Shown: positions 27,728-36,215 of the stretch, piece after piece
How positions within the stretch are numbered: the first letter of the stretch is position 1
Layout: the number at the start of each line of letters is the position of its first letter
From: Pseudobdellovibrio sp.
GTDB lineage: Bacteria > Bdellovibrionota > Bdellovibrionia > Bdellovibrionales > Bdellovibrionaceae
DNA length: 41,594 nucleotides
Assembly (NCBI GenBank): GCA_046291245.1
Contig: JBKBTW010000003.1
Location: 1 to 41,594, forward strand
Direction of reading: 5' to 3'
The notes under the pieces: model-generated
Database searches by the model: none
What the model saw: the letters and a program-made list of their open reading frames with translations, nothing else
What the model was told of the DNA's origin: nothing
Made by a program: the position numbers and the translations under genes

Positions 27728-29359
27728 CTAATCAGTGTTAGATTTATTTGGAGCTTCAGCTCTAAAAAACTCGATAGCATCTATATACGCTTTAGGCTTG
27801 TAATAGTTAAATTCCGAATTCCACTGAATATCCTGCCAACCTAACTTTTGAAACTCAGGTTGAGCTATATCTCTATGTTTGACCAAATCAAAAAAATTAC
27901 GAACATGACTCAAATCTTTAAACTGAGTTTGCAAGGCAGGCAAGTAGAACTGAATGAATATCAATTGAGATTCTACTCGAGCAAAAGAAGATACACCTGA
28001 CTGAAATAAAGTCTGAAAATTATAATTTTCACGTAAGTCACATCCTTTAATTAACATCAATCTTTCTGATAAATTAAAAAATTGTGAGACATCTATTTTT
28101 TTTAAAAATGAACATGCAAAATAAAGATGTTGCCTAGCGTGGATACGCTCATAAATTTTTAATGGCAATGCCGTCTTGGAAGGTAACAACCAAATACTAT
28201 CCGAAGACTTCACAGCAACTCTTAAATCCGCCATCACGCCTTTTGGATCGATTAAACTTTTAAAAAAGTCTGACCGCTCTACGATTTTATCAGGAACTTC
28301 AATCAAATAATCAAAATGTGCTTCAGCAAAAGAATCTGCCACTCCATGTTTATTTAAATATTGGTTAAAATAAAAAGTAAATTTCCGCAACAAAGCACTT
28401 TCATGACCTTCTAAAAGATCAGATTCGGCCTCATTATCAAACAAATCAGAAAATATCTTAATGATGCTCATGCCTTCTTTTACCGGCGTGCTTTGATTTA
28501 ATAAATAATCTATGGCCTTCTCAGAGTCGATGTTCGAGCGGTTAAGGATTTTAGGCAAAACCTTGAAAAGCTGATTTTTTTCTTTGTAGTTTAATTGTTT
28601 ATATGAAGCAATTAAACCAGAAGTTAGTAACGGCCTCATACTTACAGTCAAAATTTGTTTTCGACGTGTTTCGTTTTCTATAAAAAGATTTTCATTTTCA
28701 GAATTTAAATCTGCGCAGGATTGGTAATCCTCTGACGATTTCCAAAATGATTCACAATAAGTATCTAAATTTTTTAAGACTTGAGGCCATTTTGCTGTAT
28801 TAAGCTTTGCCACTCCATGATTTAAAGGATCTTGTATATCTAAATGACCAAAAATAATAAAATAAATCAAATCCGATAAAGACTCATTAAATAAACTCAC
28901 TGCAAATTTCGAAGATTTAATATTATGATCTAACCATGCTTTAATAACCCCTCTTTCTAGGTGAGATGAAGCTTCAAGTAAAGCACTTCCAATCAAAAGT
29001 TTTCTTTGCTGCACCTTAAAAACAAGAGGTTTTGTCTCATCTACAGTAATCTGTAATGACGGTAACTCCATTTGGCTTTGCTTTAATACAGTAGCTATAA
29101 CCTCCACTCTTTTAGAAATATCTTCGGTATATTTATTTAAAGCTTCTGTCTGGTAGGATTTTTTCTGCACGCTGCAGTTATAGACTACATCAGGTCTCCC
29201 TAGTGGCTGACCATTGTTAAATGTGATAATGTCTAACTTCTCTACAACAGTAGAATCTATACAATAATAGGTTCTGTTAAAATATAAAAACGCCAAAAAA
29301 CAAGTGTAAATTCCAACACTTAAAGATATTAGCACTATTTTTTTTGACAGCTTTTTCAT
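27728..29359 (-). CDS. Hypothetical membrane-anchored exported protein
   Basis: Long ORF with an N-terminal TM helix and several Cys; start at 29359 or 29365. Confidence 0.8.
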   Translation of the reverse strand: MKKLSKKIVLISLSVGIYTCFLAFLYFNRTYYCIDSTVVEKLDIITFNNGQPLGRPDVVYNCSVQKKSYQTEALNKYTEDISKRVEVIATVLKQSQMELPSLQITVDETKPLVFKVQQRKLLIGSALLEASSHLERGVIKAWLDHNIKSSKFAVSLFNESLSDLIYFIIFGHLDIQDPLNHGVAKLNTAKWPQVLKNLDTYCESFWKSSEDYQSCADLNSENENLFIENETRRKQILTVSMRPLLTSGLIASYKQLNYKEKNQLFKVLPKILNRSNIDSEKAIDYLLNQSTPVKEGMSIIKIFSDLFDNEAESDLLEGHESALLRKFTFYFNQYLNKHGVADSFAEAHFDYLIEVPDKIVERSDFFKSLIDPKGVMADLRVAVKSSDSIWLLPSKTALPLKIYERIHARQHLYFACSFLKKIDVSQFFNLSERLMLIKGCDLRENYNFQTLFQSGVSSFARVESQLIFIQFYLPALQTQFKDLSHVRNFFDLVKHRDIAQPEFQKLGWQDIQWNSEFNYYKPKAYIDAIEFFRAEAPNKSNTD

Positions 29360-29373
29360 GATCATTATTTTAT

Positions 29374-29390
29374 AGCAAAGATAAGGCCTA
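29374..29390 (-). promoter_or_regulatory. sigma54-type -24/-12 promoter
   Basis: Minus strand TAGGCCTTATCTTTGCT: GGC...TTGC, GG-N10-GC. Confidence 0.7.
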
Positions 29391-29465
29391 AACTTGTTAT
29401 TATTAAAATTAATTTAAATGCCGTACTAGCTATCTTTTTATCAAAAGTTGTTTAACATAGACGAC

Positions 29466-30599
29466 ATGAGAACCGCTCTTTATTTAATAAATGATAATTT
29501 AAACGCTTGTAAATTTGATTCTACTTTAGATTCAGCTAACACATTGATTATTGTTTTTTTTAATCCTTTATCAAACATACAGGAGTTATTAAGCCATCTT
29601 AATAAGGTCTACCCTCAAAGCATTATTATTGGTTCATCATCAATCATACAAATTCATCCAAATGGGATTTTAAATAATAAAACCACAGTCTCCGTAACTC
29701 AATTTGAAAAAAGTACTTTAAAACTCAAACTCTACGAAGCCACAATAGAAAACTCAGCAGTAACAGGAGAAACTATTGGAAAAGATTTTTCAGCAGATAA
29801 GAATATAAAAAATCTTCTTTTATTTTGTGATGGACTTAACATCGATTCGACTTATTTAGTAAATAATATTAATAATGTTTTTGAGAAAAACAATATTACA
29901 GCCCCAATCATCGGCGGTTTAGCAGCCAACAAAACTGGATTAACTGATACTTATATTATATGTAAAAATAAAGTCCTCACTCATCATGTTGTAGCTGTTG
30001 CTATTTATAGCGATGAACTAAAAATTACAACAACAATTTCAAAAGGTTGGGAACCTTTTGGGCCGCTTAGAACAGTCACAAAATGTAATTACAGCACTGT
30101 ATATGAACTAGATCATATACCTGCACTAGATATTTATAAATCTTACTTGAAAGATCAAGTTGATAAACTTCCATCTTCAGCCTTTGCATTTCCATTAGGA
30201 ATTACGTGGAAAAAAAATCAGAATATTGTCAGGACTGTTGCATTTATAAATGAAGTAGAAAAAAGTTTAATATTTGCTGACCGCGTACCAGAAAACTCTC
30301 AGGTACAAATAATGCACAACAATGTTGTGAGACTTTTAGAAGAAGTAAAAAATACTGTTCAAAAGTCTTTAGAAAATTTCAACTTTGATAAACCATATTT
30401 TATGCTCATTATAAGTTGTGCTGCAAGAAATGCTCTGATGGGACAAAAAACCGAAGAAGAATTTGAATATTTACATGAGTTATCTCATAAACCCCTTTCT
30501 TTTACTGGCTTTTACTCTTTCGGTGAAATTTTCCCAACAGATAATGCCTGTGGAGTTTTACATAATCAAAGTTTTACATTAGCAATTTATCAGGAATAA
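29466..30599 (+). CDS. FIST-domain (NosP-like) sensory protein
   Basis: LLFCDG, IIGGLA, GWEPFG, VYELDHIPALDIY, ISCAAR, GFYSFGEI, LHNQS. Confidence 0.92.
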   Translation: MRTALYLINDNLNACKFDSTLDSANTLIIVFFNPLSNIQELLSHLNKVYPQSIIIGSSSIIQIHPNGILNNKTTVSVTQFEKSTLKLKLYEATIENSAVTGETIGKDFSADKNIKNLLLFCDGLNIDSTYLVNNINNVFEKNNITAPIIGGLAANKTGLTDTYIICKNKVLTHHVVAVAIYSDELKITTTISKGWEPFGPLRTVTKCNYSTVYELDHIPALDIYKSYLKDQVDKLPSSAFAFPLGITWKKNQNIVRTVAFINEVEKSLIFADRVPENSQVQIMHNNVVRLLEEVKNTVQKSLENFNFDKPYFMLIISCAARNALMGQKTEEEFEYLHELSHKPLSFTGFYSFGEIFPTDNACGVLHNQSFTLAIYQE

Positions 30600-30627
30600 A
30601 TAAGACATCATTTCAAGGATTTTTACA

Positions 30628-31920
30628 ATGTTTAATAAAATGCTTAAAAGACAACTTAAAAAATTGAATATAGATGAAAATATTCCTCCAGAAAACAAAG
30701 AGTCTTGGAATGAATTTTTAGATTTGATTAACCTCACATACGATGAATATGAGCTTCACCTGCAAAGATCTAACAACACTTTGAATGTTGCCACAGAAGA
30801 GATGCAAAAATTATATAAAGAGCTCGAAACTAACTCTCGACAAACTATTCAGTCTTTAGATGCAAAACTTCAGAATATCATGATATCTGCACCGTGTATT
30901 ATCATTTGGCTGGATCAAAATGGCATCATCGAAGGCTGCAATGAACAATTTAAAAAAATGATCTCATCTCAATACAACTTTCAATCTCAGAATTTAACCT
31001 GCAAAGATATAGGGTTTAATAATTTACATCAAAAAATATTGGAATTTTCTAACTCATCTGAAAAGGAATTAAGCACTATAATAACCTTGAATGTAAACGA
31101 TCATATCTACCACTACAAAATAACATTCAATTATTTAGAAAAATCAAAAATATCCGCAATTGGTTTTGATCTCACTGAAGATATTCAAAAGCAAAATACC
31201 ATTAACGATATTCAAGCTAAAGCCATTCAAAACTCTAAATTAGCAGTTTTAGGTGAAATGGCGGCCGGCATCGCTCACGAAATTAACAATCCTCTCATGA
31301 TATTAACTTCAATTACATTTTTGGTTCAACGTCATGTAGAGCAGAGTAAGTTTGAGCAAATTCCAGATAAATTATCTAAAATCCAAGACACCATTTCACG
31401 CATCAGTCGTATTGTAAATGGGCTCAGAACTTTTGCTCGCGACGGCGAAAAAGATCCTTTTATGCCAACTGATATTTCATACGTTATCAATGAGTCTCTT
31501 GAACTCTGTAGAGAAAATTTGCTCTATAAAAAAGTTAATATTATTTATGAAAACCCTTTCAAAATTCCAATTATCGTTGATTGCCGTGAAACACAAATTT
31601 CTCAAGTCATCATAAACCTGATCAGCAATGCGGCTGATGCTATTTCTAATGTTACATCTAAATGGATTAAAATCTCTTTAGAAAAAGATGAGAAAAATTT
31701 ATTTATTAAAGTAATTGACTCAGGAAATGGAATCTCGCAGGAAATTCACGAAAAAATATTCCAACCCTTCTTTACCACAAAAGACGTCGGCAGTGGAACT
31801 GGGCTCGGGTTAAGTATCTCACGTGGGATAGCTCAAAGTCACAATGGACAGCTTTACTTAGATGATGCTCACTCAAACACATGTTTTGTGCTGCAACTTC
31901 CGTTATCTCAACATAATTAG
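30628..31920 (+). CDS. Soluble PAS-domain sensor histidine kinase
   Basis: H box AHEINNPL, N box NLISNAADA, DSGNGI, PFFTTK, GTGLGL; no TM segment. Confidence 0.94.
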   Translation: MFNKMLKRQLKKLNIDENIPPENKESWNEFLDLINLTYDEYELHLQRSNNTLNVATEEMQKLYKELETNSRQTIQSLDAKLQNIMISAPCIIIWLDQNGIIEGCNEQFKKMISSQYNFQSQNLTCKDIGFNNLHQKILEFSNSSEKELSTIITLNVNDHIYHYKITFNYLEKSKISAIGFDLTEDIQKQNTINDIQAKAIQNSKLAVLGEMAAGIAHEINNPLMILTSITFLVQRHVEQSKFEQIPDKLSKIQDTISRISRIVNGLRTFARDGEKDPFMPTDISYVINESLELCRENLLYKKVNIIYENPFKIPIIVDCRETQISQVIINLISNAADAISNVTSKWIKISLEKDEKNLFIKVIDSGNGISQEIHEKIFQPFFTTKDVGSGTGLGLSISRGIAQSHNGQLYLDDAHSNTCFVLQLPLSQHN

Positions 31921-31936
31921 ATGATTAGAGGTTTGA

Positions 31937-32860
31937 TTACGAATCTAATAATCCGACTTTTCCAACTTTAGATGACAGTTTATGATTCATTTGTGGCTCT
32001 AACCATTTATTGATTTCAATAAGTTTAGCTAAATCAATTCCAGTGTCTAATCCCATTCCAGAAAACATATATATCACATCTTCTGTAGCTACATTACCTG
32101 TAGCTCCTTTAGCATAAGGACACCCTCCTAAGCCTCCAATACTCGAATCAAAATTCTTGATACCTGCTTTATAGGCTGCAAGTATATTTGCTAAAGCCTG
32201 TCCTCGAGTGTCATGAAAATGACCTGCAATTTTCTTTGAAGGAACAACTTTTTTTAATTTTTTAAAAAGAGATTCAACTTGTCCTGCATTTGCTACACCT
32301 ATCGTATCACCGATAGAGACTTCATAACACCCTAGTTTATACAAACGCTTCGCTAGCTCAATAACTTTTTTTTCAGGAACGTATCCCTCAAAAGGACATC
32401 CAAAGCAAACCGATAAATAACCTCTTACGCGGATATTATTTTTCTTTGCTAAAACCATAATTGGCTTAAAACGTTCAAAACTTTCTTCGATACTGCAATT
32501 AATATTTTTTTGCGAAAAAGTTTCAGAACTTGAAGCGAAAAGAGCTACCTCTTTTACCCCTGCTTTAAGCGCTTGCAACATACCTTGTTCATTTGGAACC
32601 AAAACACTGTAATGATATTTTTTTTGATCAGGATAGGCATCAACAACTTTCTCAATAAGGTCCGAAGTCACAGCCATTTGAGGAACCCATTTGGGAGAAA
32701 CAAAAGCGCCTACCTCAAAAGCCTTCACTCCTGCATCAACTAACTTTGATAACAGGTTGAAACGCTGATCCACAGTCAGATTTGTCGATTCATTTTGTAG
32801 GCCATCACGCAAACCTACCTCAATAATTCTTATCCCTTTAGAACTCACCACAAACTCCAC
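31937..32860 (-). CDS. liuE: Hydroxymethylglutaryl-CoA lyase
   Basis: EVGLRDGLQNE, FVSPKWVPQM, GDTIG, HFHDTRG, GGLGGCPYAKGATGNVATED. Confidence 0.96.
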   Translation of the reverse strand: MEFVVSSKGIRIIEVGLRDGLQNESTNLTVDQRFNLLSKLVDAGVKAFEVGAFVSPKWVPQMAVTSDLIEKVVDAYPDQKKYHYSVLVPNEQGMLQALKAGVKEVALFASSSETFSQKNINCSIEESFERFKPIMVLAKKNNIRVRGYLSVCFGCPFEGYVPEKKVIELAKRLYKLGCYEVSIGDTIGVANAGQVESLFKKLKKVVPSKKIAGHFHDTRGQALANILAAYKAGIKNFDSSIGGLGGCPYAKGATGNVATEDVIYMFSGMGLDTGIDLAKLIEINKWLEPQMNHKLSSKVGKVGLLDS

Positions 32861-32872
32861 AAAAAATTCATA

Positions 32873-33229
32873 TTACTTTGCTATAAGCTTAACAAGTAAA
32901 GCGCCAACTGTAACCTGATCTCCAACCTTTACATTGACCGTTTCGACTTTAGTCGAAAGATCTGATTTTAATGTATACTCCATCTTCATAGCTTCCATCA
33001 CGAGTAAAGCTTGACCCGTATCGACGTCATCCCCAGTTTTGACAAATACCTTTGTTATTTTGCCTGGCATTGGAGCTATAATCATATCTGGAGTAGCTGT
33101 TGCCGTTTTCTTGCGACGTTGCCCATCTCCTGATATGTCAGCAATATCATAAGACCAAATTTGATCGCCTGCTTTTATCCATAAACTTTTTCCTACTTTT
33201 TCAATCGTATGTGAATCAATTTTTTTCAT
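32873..33229 (-). CDS. Stand-alone biotin carboxyl carrier subunit of methylcrotonyl-CoA carboxylase
   Basis: APMPG, EAMKME biotinyl-Lys; its ATG overlaps the upstream stop (TAATG). Confidence 0.92.
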   Translation of the reverse strand: MKKIDSHTIEKVGKSLWIKAGDQIWSYDIADISGDGQRRKKTATATPDMIIAPMPGKITKVFVKTGDDVDTGQALLVMEAMKMEYTLKSDLSTKVETVNVKVGDQVTVGALLVKLIAK

Positions 33230-34731
33230 TAAACACCTCTCCAATAAGAATTCCACGGAGAGTTCATTTCTTGGTTTGAAGTAAAGTTTTGCGATGATCC
33301 CGCTTCTCCGCCAGACGAAACATACTTCTTATAGAGCTCTTGAGCTAATTTTTTACGCTCAACTTCATCGTGTTTAGACTTTAATCCTTCTGCAAAATAA
33401 GTTTCAATAAAGCGTGTTGTCATCGAACCTTTAATAAACTCGGGGTGTGAGAGAATTTCAATAAGGTAAGGAATATTTGTATGAACCCCAAAAACAATTG
33501 AGTCCTTTAACACACGAATCATTTTCTCAATTGCTCTTGGCCTTGACTCATCCCAAACAATAGCTTTAGCAATCATTGGATCATAGTGCGCTGTGATGAC
33601 ATCACCTTTTTCAAATCCGTACTCGTAACGACGACGTGGCCCTTCCGGCCAATGAACTGTTCCAAGCAATCCTGTTGATGGTACTCCATTCATATAAGGA
33701 TTTTCAGCATAAATGCGGCACTCAATTGAATGCCCTTTTGGGGCCCTAATTTCATCATCTTTCCAGACAAACTCATCCATAGCTGTCAATAATTGCATTT
33801 TAACTAAATCAACACCCATCACCTCTTCAGTCACAGGATGTTCAACTTGTAAACGCGTATTCACCTCTAACAAATAAAATTTATTGTCTTGCAAAAGAAA
33901 TTCAACAGTTCCCGCACCTTTGTACTTTCCTAAAGTTCCCAACGTTACAGCCACTTCACCCATTTTACGGCGCACTTCATCTGTAAGCGAGGGAGATGTT
34001 GCTTCTTCTATTATTTTTTGATGACGTCTTTGAACTGAACACTCACGATCAAACAAATGAATAACTCGACCTGTACTATCGGCAAATATTTGAAATTCAA
34101 TGTGCTTTGCACGATCAAGGTATTTTTCTAAAAAAACTTTTTCAGATCCAAATGCAGATTTAGCTTCACGCTGGGCAGATTCAATGAGCTCATGAGCATC
34201 ACTCATTTGCTTAATGAGCTTCATCCCACGCCCACCACCTCCTGCAGCGGCTTTTACGATAACTGGCAATCCAATTTTTTCAACTTCCTCGATCAATGTT
34301 ACAATAGACTGATCCTCACCTTCATAACCCGGAATCAAAGGAAGGCCCGCTTGTTTAGCTAAGTTCTTACAACTGACTTTATCTCCTAAAACTCTAATGG
34401 CTTGCGCAGAAGGACCAACAAATATTAAGCCTGCATTTTCACAAGCCTCAGCAAAATCAGCATTTTCAGATAAGAAACCAAAACCTGGGTGCACAGCTTG
34501 CGCCCCCATAGCTAAAGCTCCTTGAATATTGGCTTCAATATTTAAATAACTTTCAGCTGTTGGAGCTGGACCAATACACACTTTATGCGTGGCCATACGA
34601 AATGCTCTCGAATTCATATCTGCTTCCGAATGAAGCAAAACTGTTTCAAGGCCTAGCTCTTCACAGGCTTTAATAATTCTGACTGCAACTTCTCCGCGAT
34701 TTGCTATCGCTACTCGTTTAATTTTAGACAT
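33229..34731 (-). CDS. liuD: Biotin carboxylase subunit of methylcrotonyl-CoA carboxylase
   Basis: IANRGEVA, HPGFGFLSEN, GGGGRGM, RECSVQRRHQK, NTRLQVEHPVTE. Start placed at ATG 34731. Confidence 0.92.
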   Translation of the reverse strand: MSKIKRVAIANRGEVAVRIIKACEELGLETVLLHSEADMNSRAFRMATHKVCIGPAPTAESYLNIEANIQGALAMGAQAVHPGFGFLSENADFAEACENAGLIFVGPSAQAIRVLGDKVSCKNLAKQAGLPLIPGYEGEDQSIVTLIEEVEKIGLPVIVKAAAGGGGRGMKLIKQMSDAHELIESAQREAKSAFGSEKVFLEKYLDRAKHIEFQIFADSTGRVIHLFDRECSVQRRHQKIIEEATSPSLTDEVRRKMGEVAVTLGTLGKYKGAGTVEFLLQDNKFYLLEVNTRLQVEHPVTEEVMGVDLVKMQLLTAMDEFVWKDDEIRAPKGHSIECRIYAENPYMNGVPSTGLLGTVHWPEGPRRRYEYGFEKGDVITAHYDPMIAKAIVWDESRPRAIEKMIRVLKDSIVFGVHTNIPYLIEILSHPEFIKGSMTTRFIETYFAEGLKSKHDEVERKKLAQELYKKYVSSGGEAGSSQNFTSNQEMNSPWNSYWRGV

Positions 34732-34806
34732 AAAAAAGGTATAAACTTGTTTATAAATTTTGTACAATATATATATCAACCTTACTGCTTAGAAAGTATA
34801 AAAGTT

Positions 34807-35184
34807 ATGAAAATAGGCCTCTATCTCGATAAAGTTGCGATGCATATATTAAGCAGAGGTATCTTTGTAAGCTGTGAACCTGTAGATCGCATAGAATCTG
34901 CACAGCCTGGTCTTGTAGATGAGCGCTTAAGTGAAGTCGGCACAACTTATCTCGTTTGCGACACAGAAAAAGAAATTCAAGGTAAGGCTAAATTAGCCGA
35001 CGCCTTTGTAACGACTTACGGAGATCCCGATCCTACTATGCTGCAATATATGGGTTTTAAAGATAATCCAGAAAAATTTAAAACTGAATACGCAGGTCTT
35101 TTTAAACAGCAATTTCCTGAAGATGCCTTAGTTGATGAAACAGAGCTTTTTGTTTGTATTTACGAACCTGTTCACGATAGCTAG
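34807..35184 (+). CDS. Divergent ASCH-domain-like protein
   Basis: VG...LVCD..., MGFKD.PEKFK..Y..LF, ETELFVCIYEPV parallel the ASCH pattern; canonical GxKxxT motif absent. Confidence 0.55.
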   Translation: MKIGLYLDKVAMHILSRGIFVSCEPVDRIESAQPGLVDERLSEVGTTYLVCDTEKEIQGKAKLADAFVTTYGDPDPTMLQYMGFKDNPEKFKTEYAGLFKQQFPEDALVDETELFVCIYEPVHDS

Positions 35185-35332
35185 ATATTTTTAAACACCT
35201 ATCTCTATAATTTTTTCTTTAAAACTACGTTTTATGGCTTTATGAACGCAGAATGATCTTAACACAACATTGTCTTTTAAATCTTCACTGGTTCTACTAT
35301 AAATGACGTAATTACTAAAACAAGGAGTAACT

Positions 35333-35659
35333 GTGAAATCATTAATAATCACGTTCTTATTTACACTTGTAACGACAACTGCTGTAAAATCTCAAGCAGC
35401 TCTACCAACATGTATGGGGGAAGCTCAATTTGCAGCTGAGCCAGCCTACACAAAAAAGAATGGCTCTAACAGCTGCAGATTATTTATTACGAATGTAACC
35501 CATTATAGCGAACATATTTTTTGTCCACTTTCATTATCAGAAGTAATGGAGCATGGTATCGAAATTGGTATGCGTAACGGTCATGATTGTGAATACGATT
35601 ACCCCCAAGTTTCTGGCATCATTGTTAAACGAGCTGAGGGTTTATTGTATTTAGACTAA
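35333..35659 (+). CDS. Small secreted four-Cys protein
   Basis: SD AAGGAG, GTG start, signal peptide ending SQA, four Cys. Confidence 0.8.
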   Translation: MKSLIITFLFTLVTTTAVKSQAALPTCMGEAQFAAEPAYTKKNGSNSCRLFITNVTHYSEHIFCPLSLSEVMEHGIEIGMRNGHDCEYDYPQVSGIIVKRAEGLLYLD

Positions 35660-35676
35660 TAAGCTTTTCAAAATAA

Positions 35677-35709
35677 AACAAAGACAGATCTAAGTCATCT
35701 GTCTTTGTT
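35677..35709. terminator. Hairpin / bidirectional terminator between convergent genes
   Basis: AACAAAGACAGAT-7 nt-ATCTGTCTTTGTT, perfect 13-bp stem. Confidence 0.75.
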
Positions 35710-35732
35710 AAGTGCGATTTTAAAAAGAACGT

Positions 35733-36122
35733 TTAATCGACTAACTCGAAATCAGAAAAGTTAACTATTTCTACATGAGTAGATTTTTCCTCACGTTTAA
35801 AATCTTTTAATACCAATTTTTTATCTTTTAAGGACTCTAAAGATGGCTGATAATCACAAATGAGTACGTCAATTAAAGTTCTATGATCGTAAGGATAAAT
35901 ACAGTTTTTTACAACACCTGTAAGTTTAAGCTTTGAATTCATTTTTTTTACAACATTATCAGAAATATATAAATGTGTAGCATTTGAAATTTTTTGATCT
36001 ACACTTAATGCAGATTCTCCATATACACTCTCAGAACCAAACTCAATAGCTCTCGCAAATGCTACATTAATACTCCCTAAAACAACAACAAAGCTCATTA
36101 TATTTAAAATTATTTTTTTCAT
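35733..36122 (-). CDS. Secreted hypothetical protein
   Basis: Signal peptide MKKIIL...VAFA; purine-rich SD. Confidence 0.75.
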   Translation of the reverse strand: MKKIILNIMSFVVVLGSINVAFARAIEFGSESVYGESALSVDQKISNATHLYISDNVVKKMNSKLKLTGVVKNCIYPYDHRTLIDVLICDYQPSLESLKDKKLVLKDFKREEKSTHVEIVNFSDFELVD

Positions 36123-36149
36123 AACAGCCCTTTCCTATAACTTTAAAAG

Positions 36150-36165
36150 AGCAATTATAAAACCA
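36150..36165 (-). promoter_or_regulatory. sigma54-type -24/-12 promoter
   Basis: Minus strand TGGTTTTATAATTGCT: GG-N10-GC with TTGC. Confidence 0.55.
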
Positions 36166-36190
36166 TACCAAATACTCTATATTTAATTAG

Positions 36191-36211
36191 AGCGTCTAAA
36201 GTTTAGACACT
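36191..36211. promoter_or_regulatory. Palindromic site upstream of the sigma54-type promoter
   Basis: AGcGTCTAAA-G-TTTAGACaCT; the 10-mer TTTAGACACT also occurs at 2389-2398. Confidence 0.6.
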
Positions 36212-36215
36212 AACA

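Noticed and set aside
35235-35250. TGGCTTTATGAACGCA (GG-N10-GC) upstream of the 108-aa secreted gene
   Set aside because: Lacks TTGC at -12 and lies farther from the gene than the other four boxes; too weak to call.
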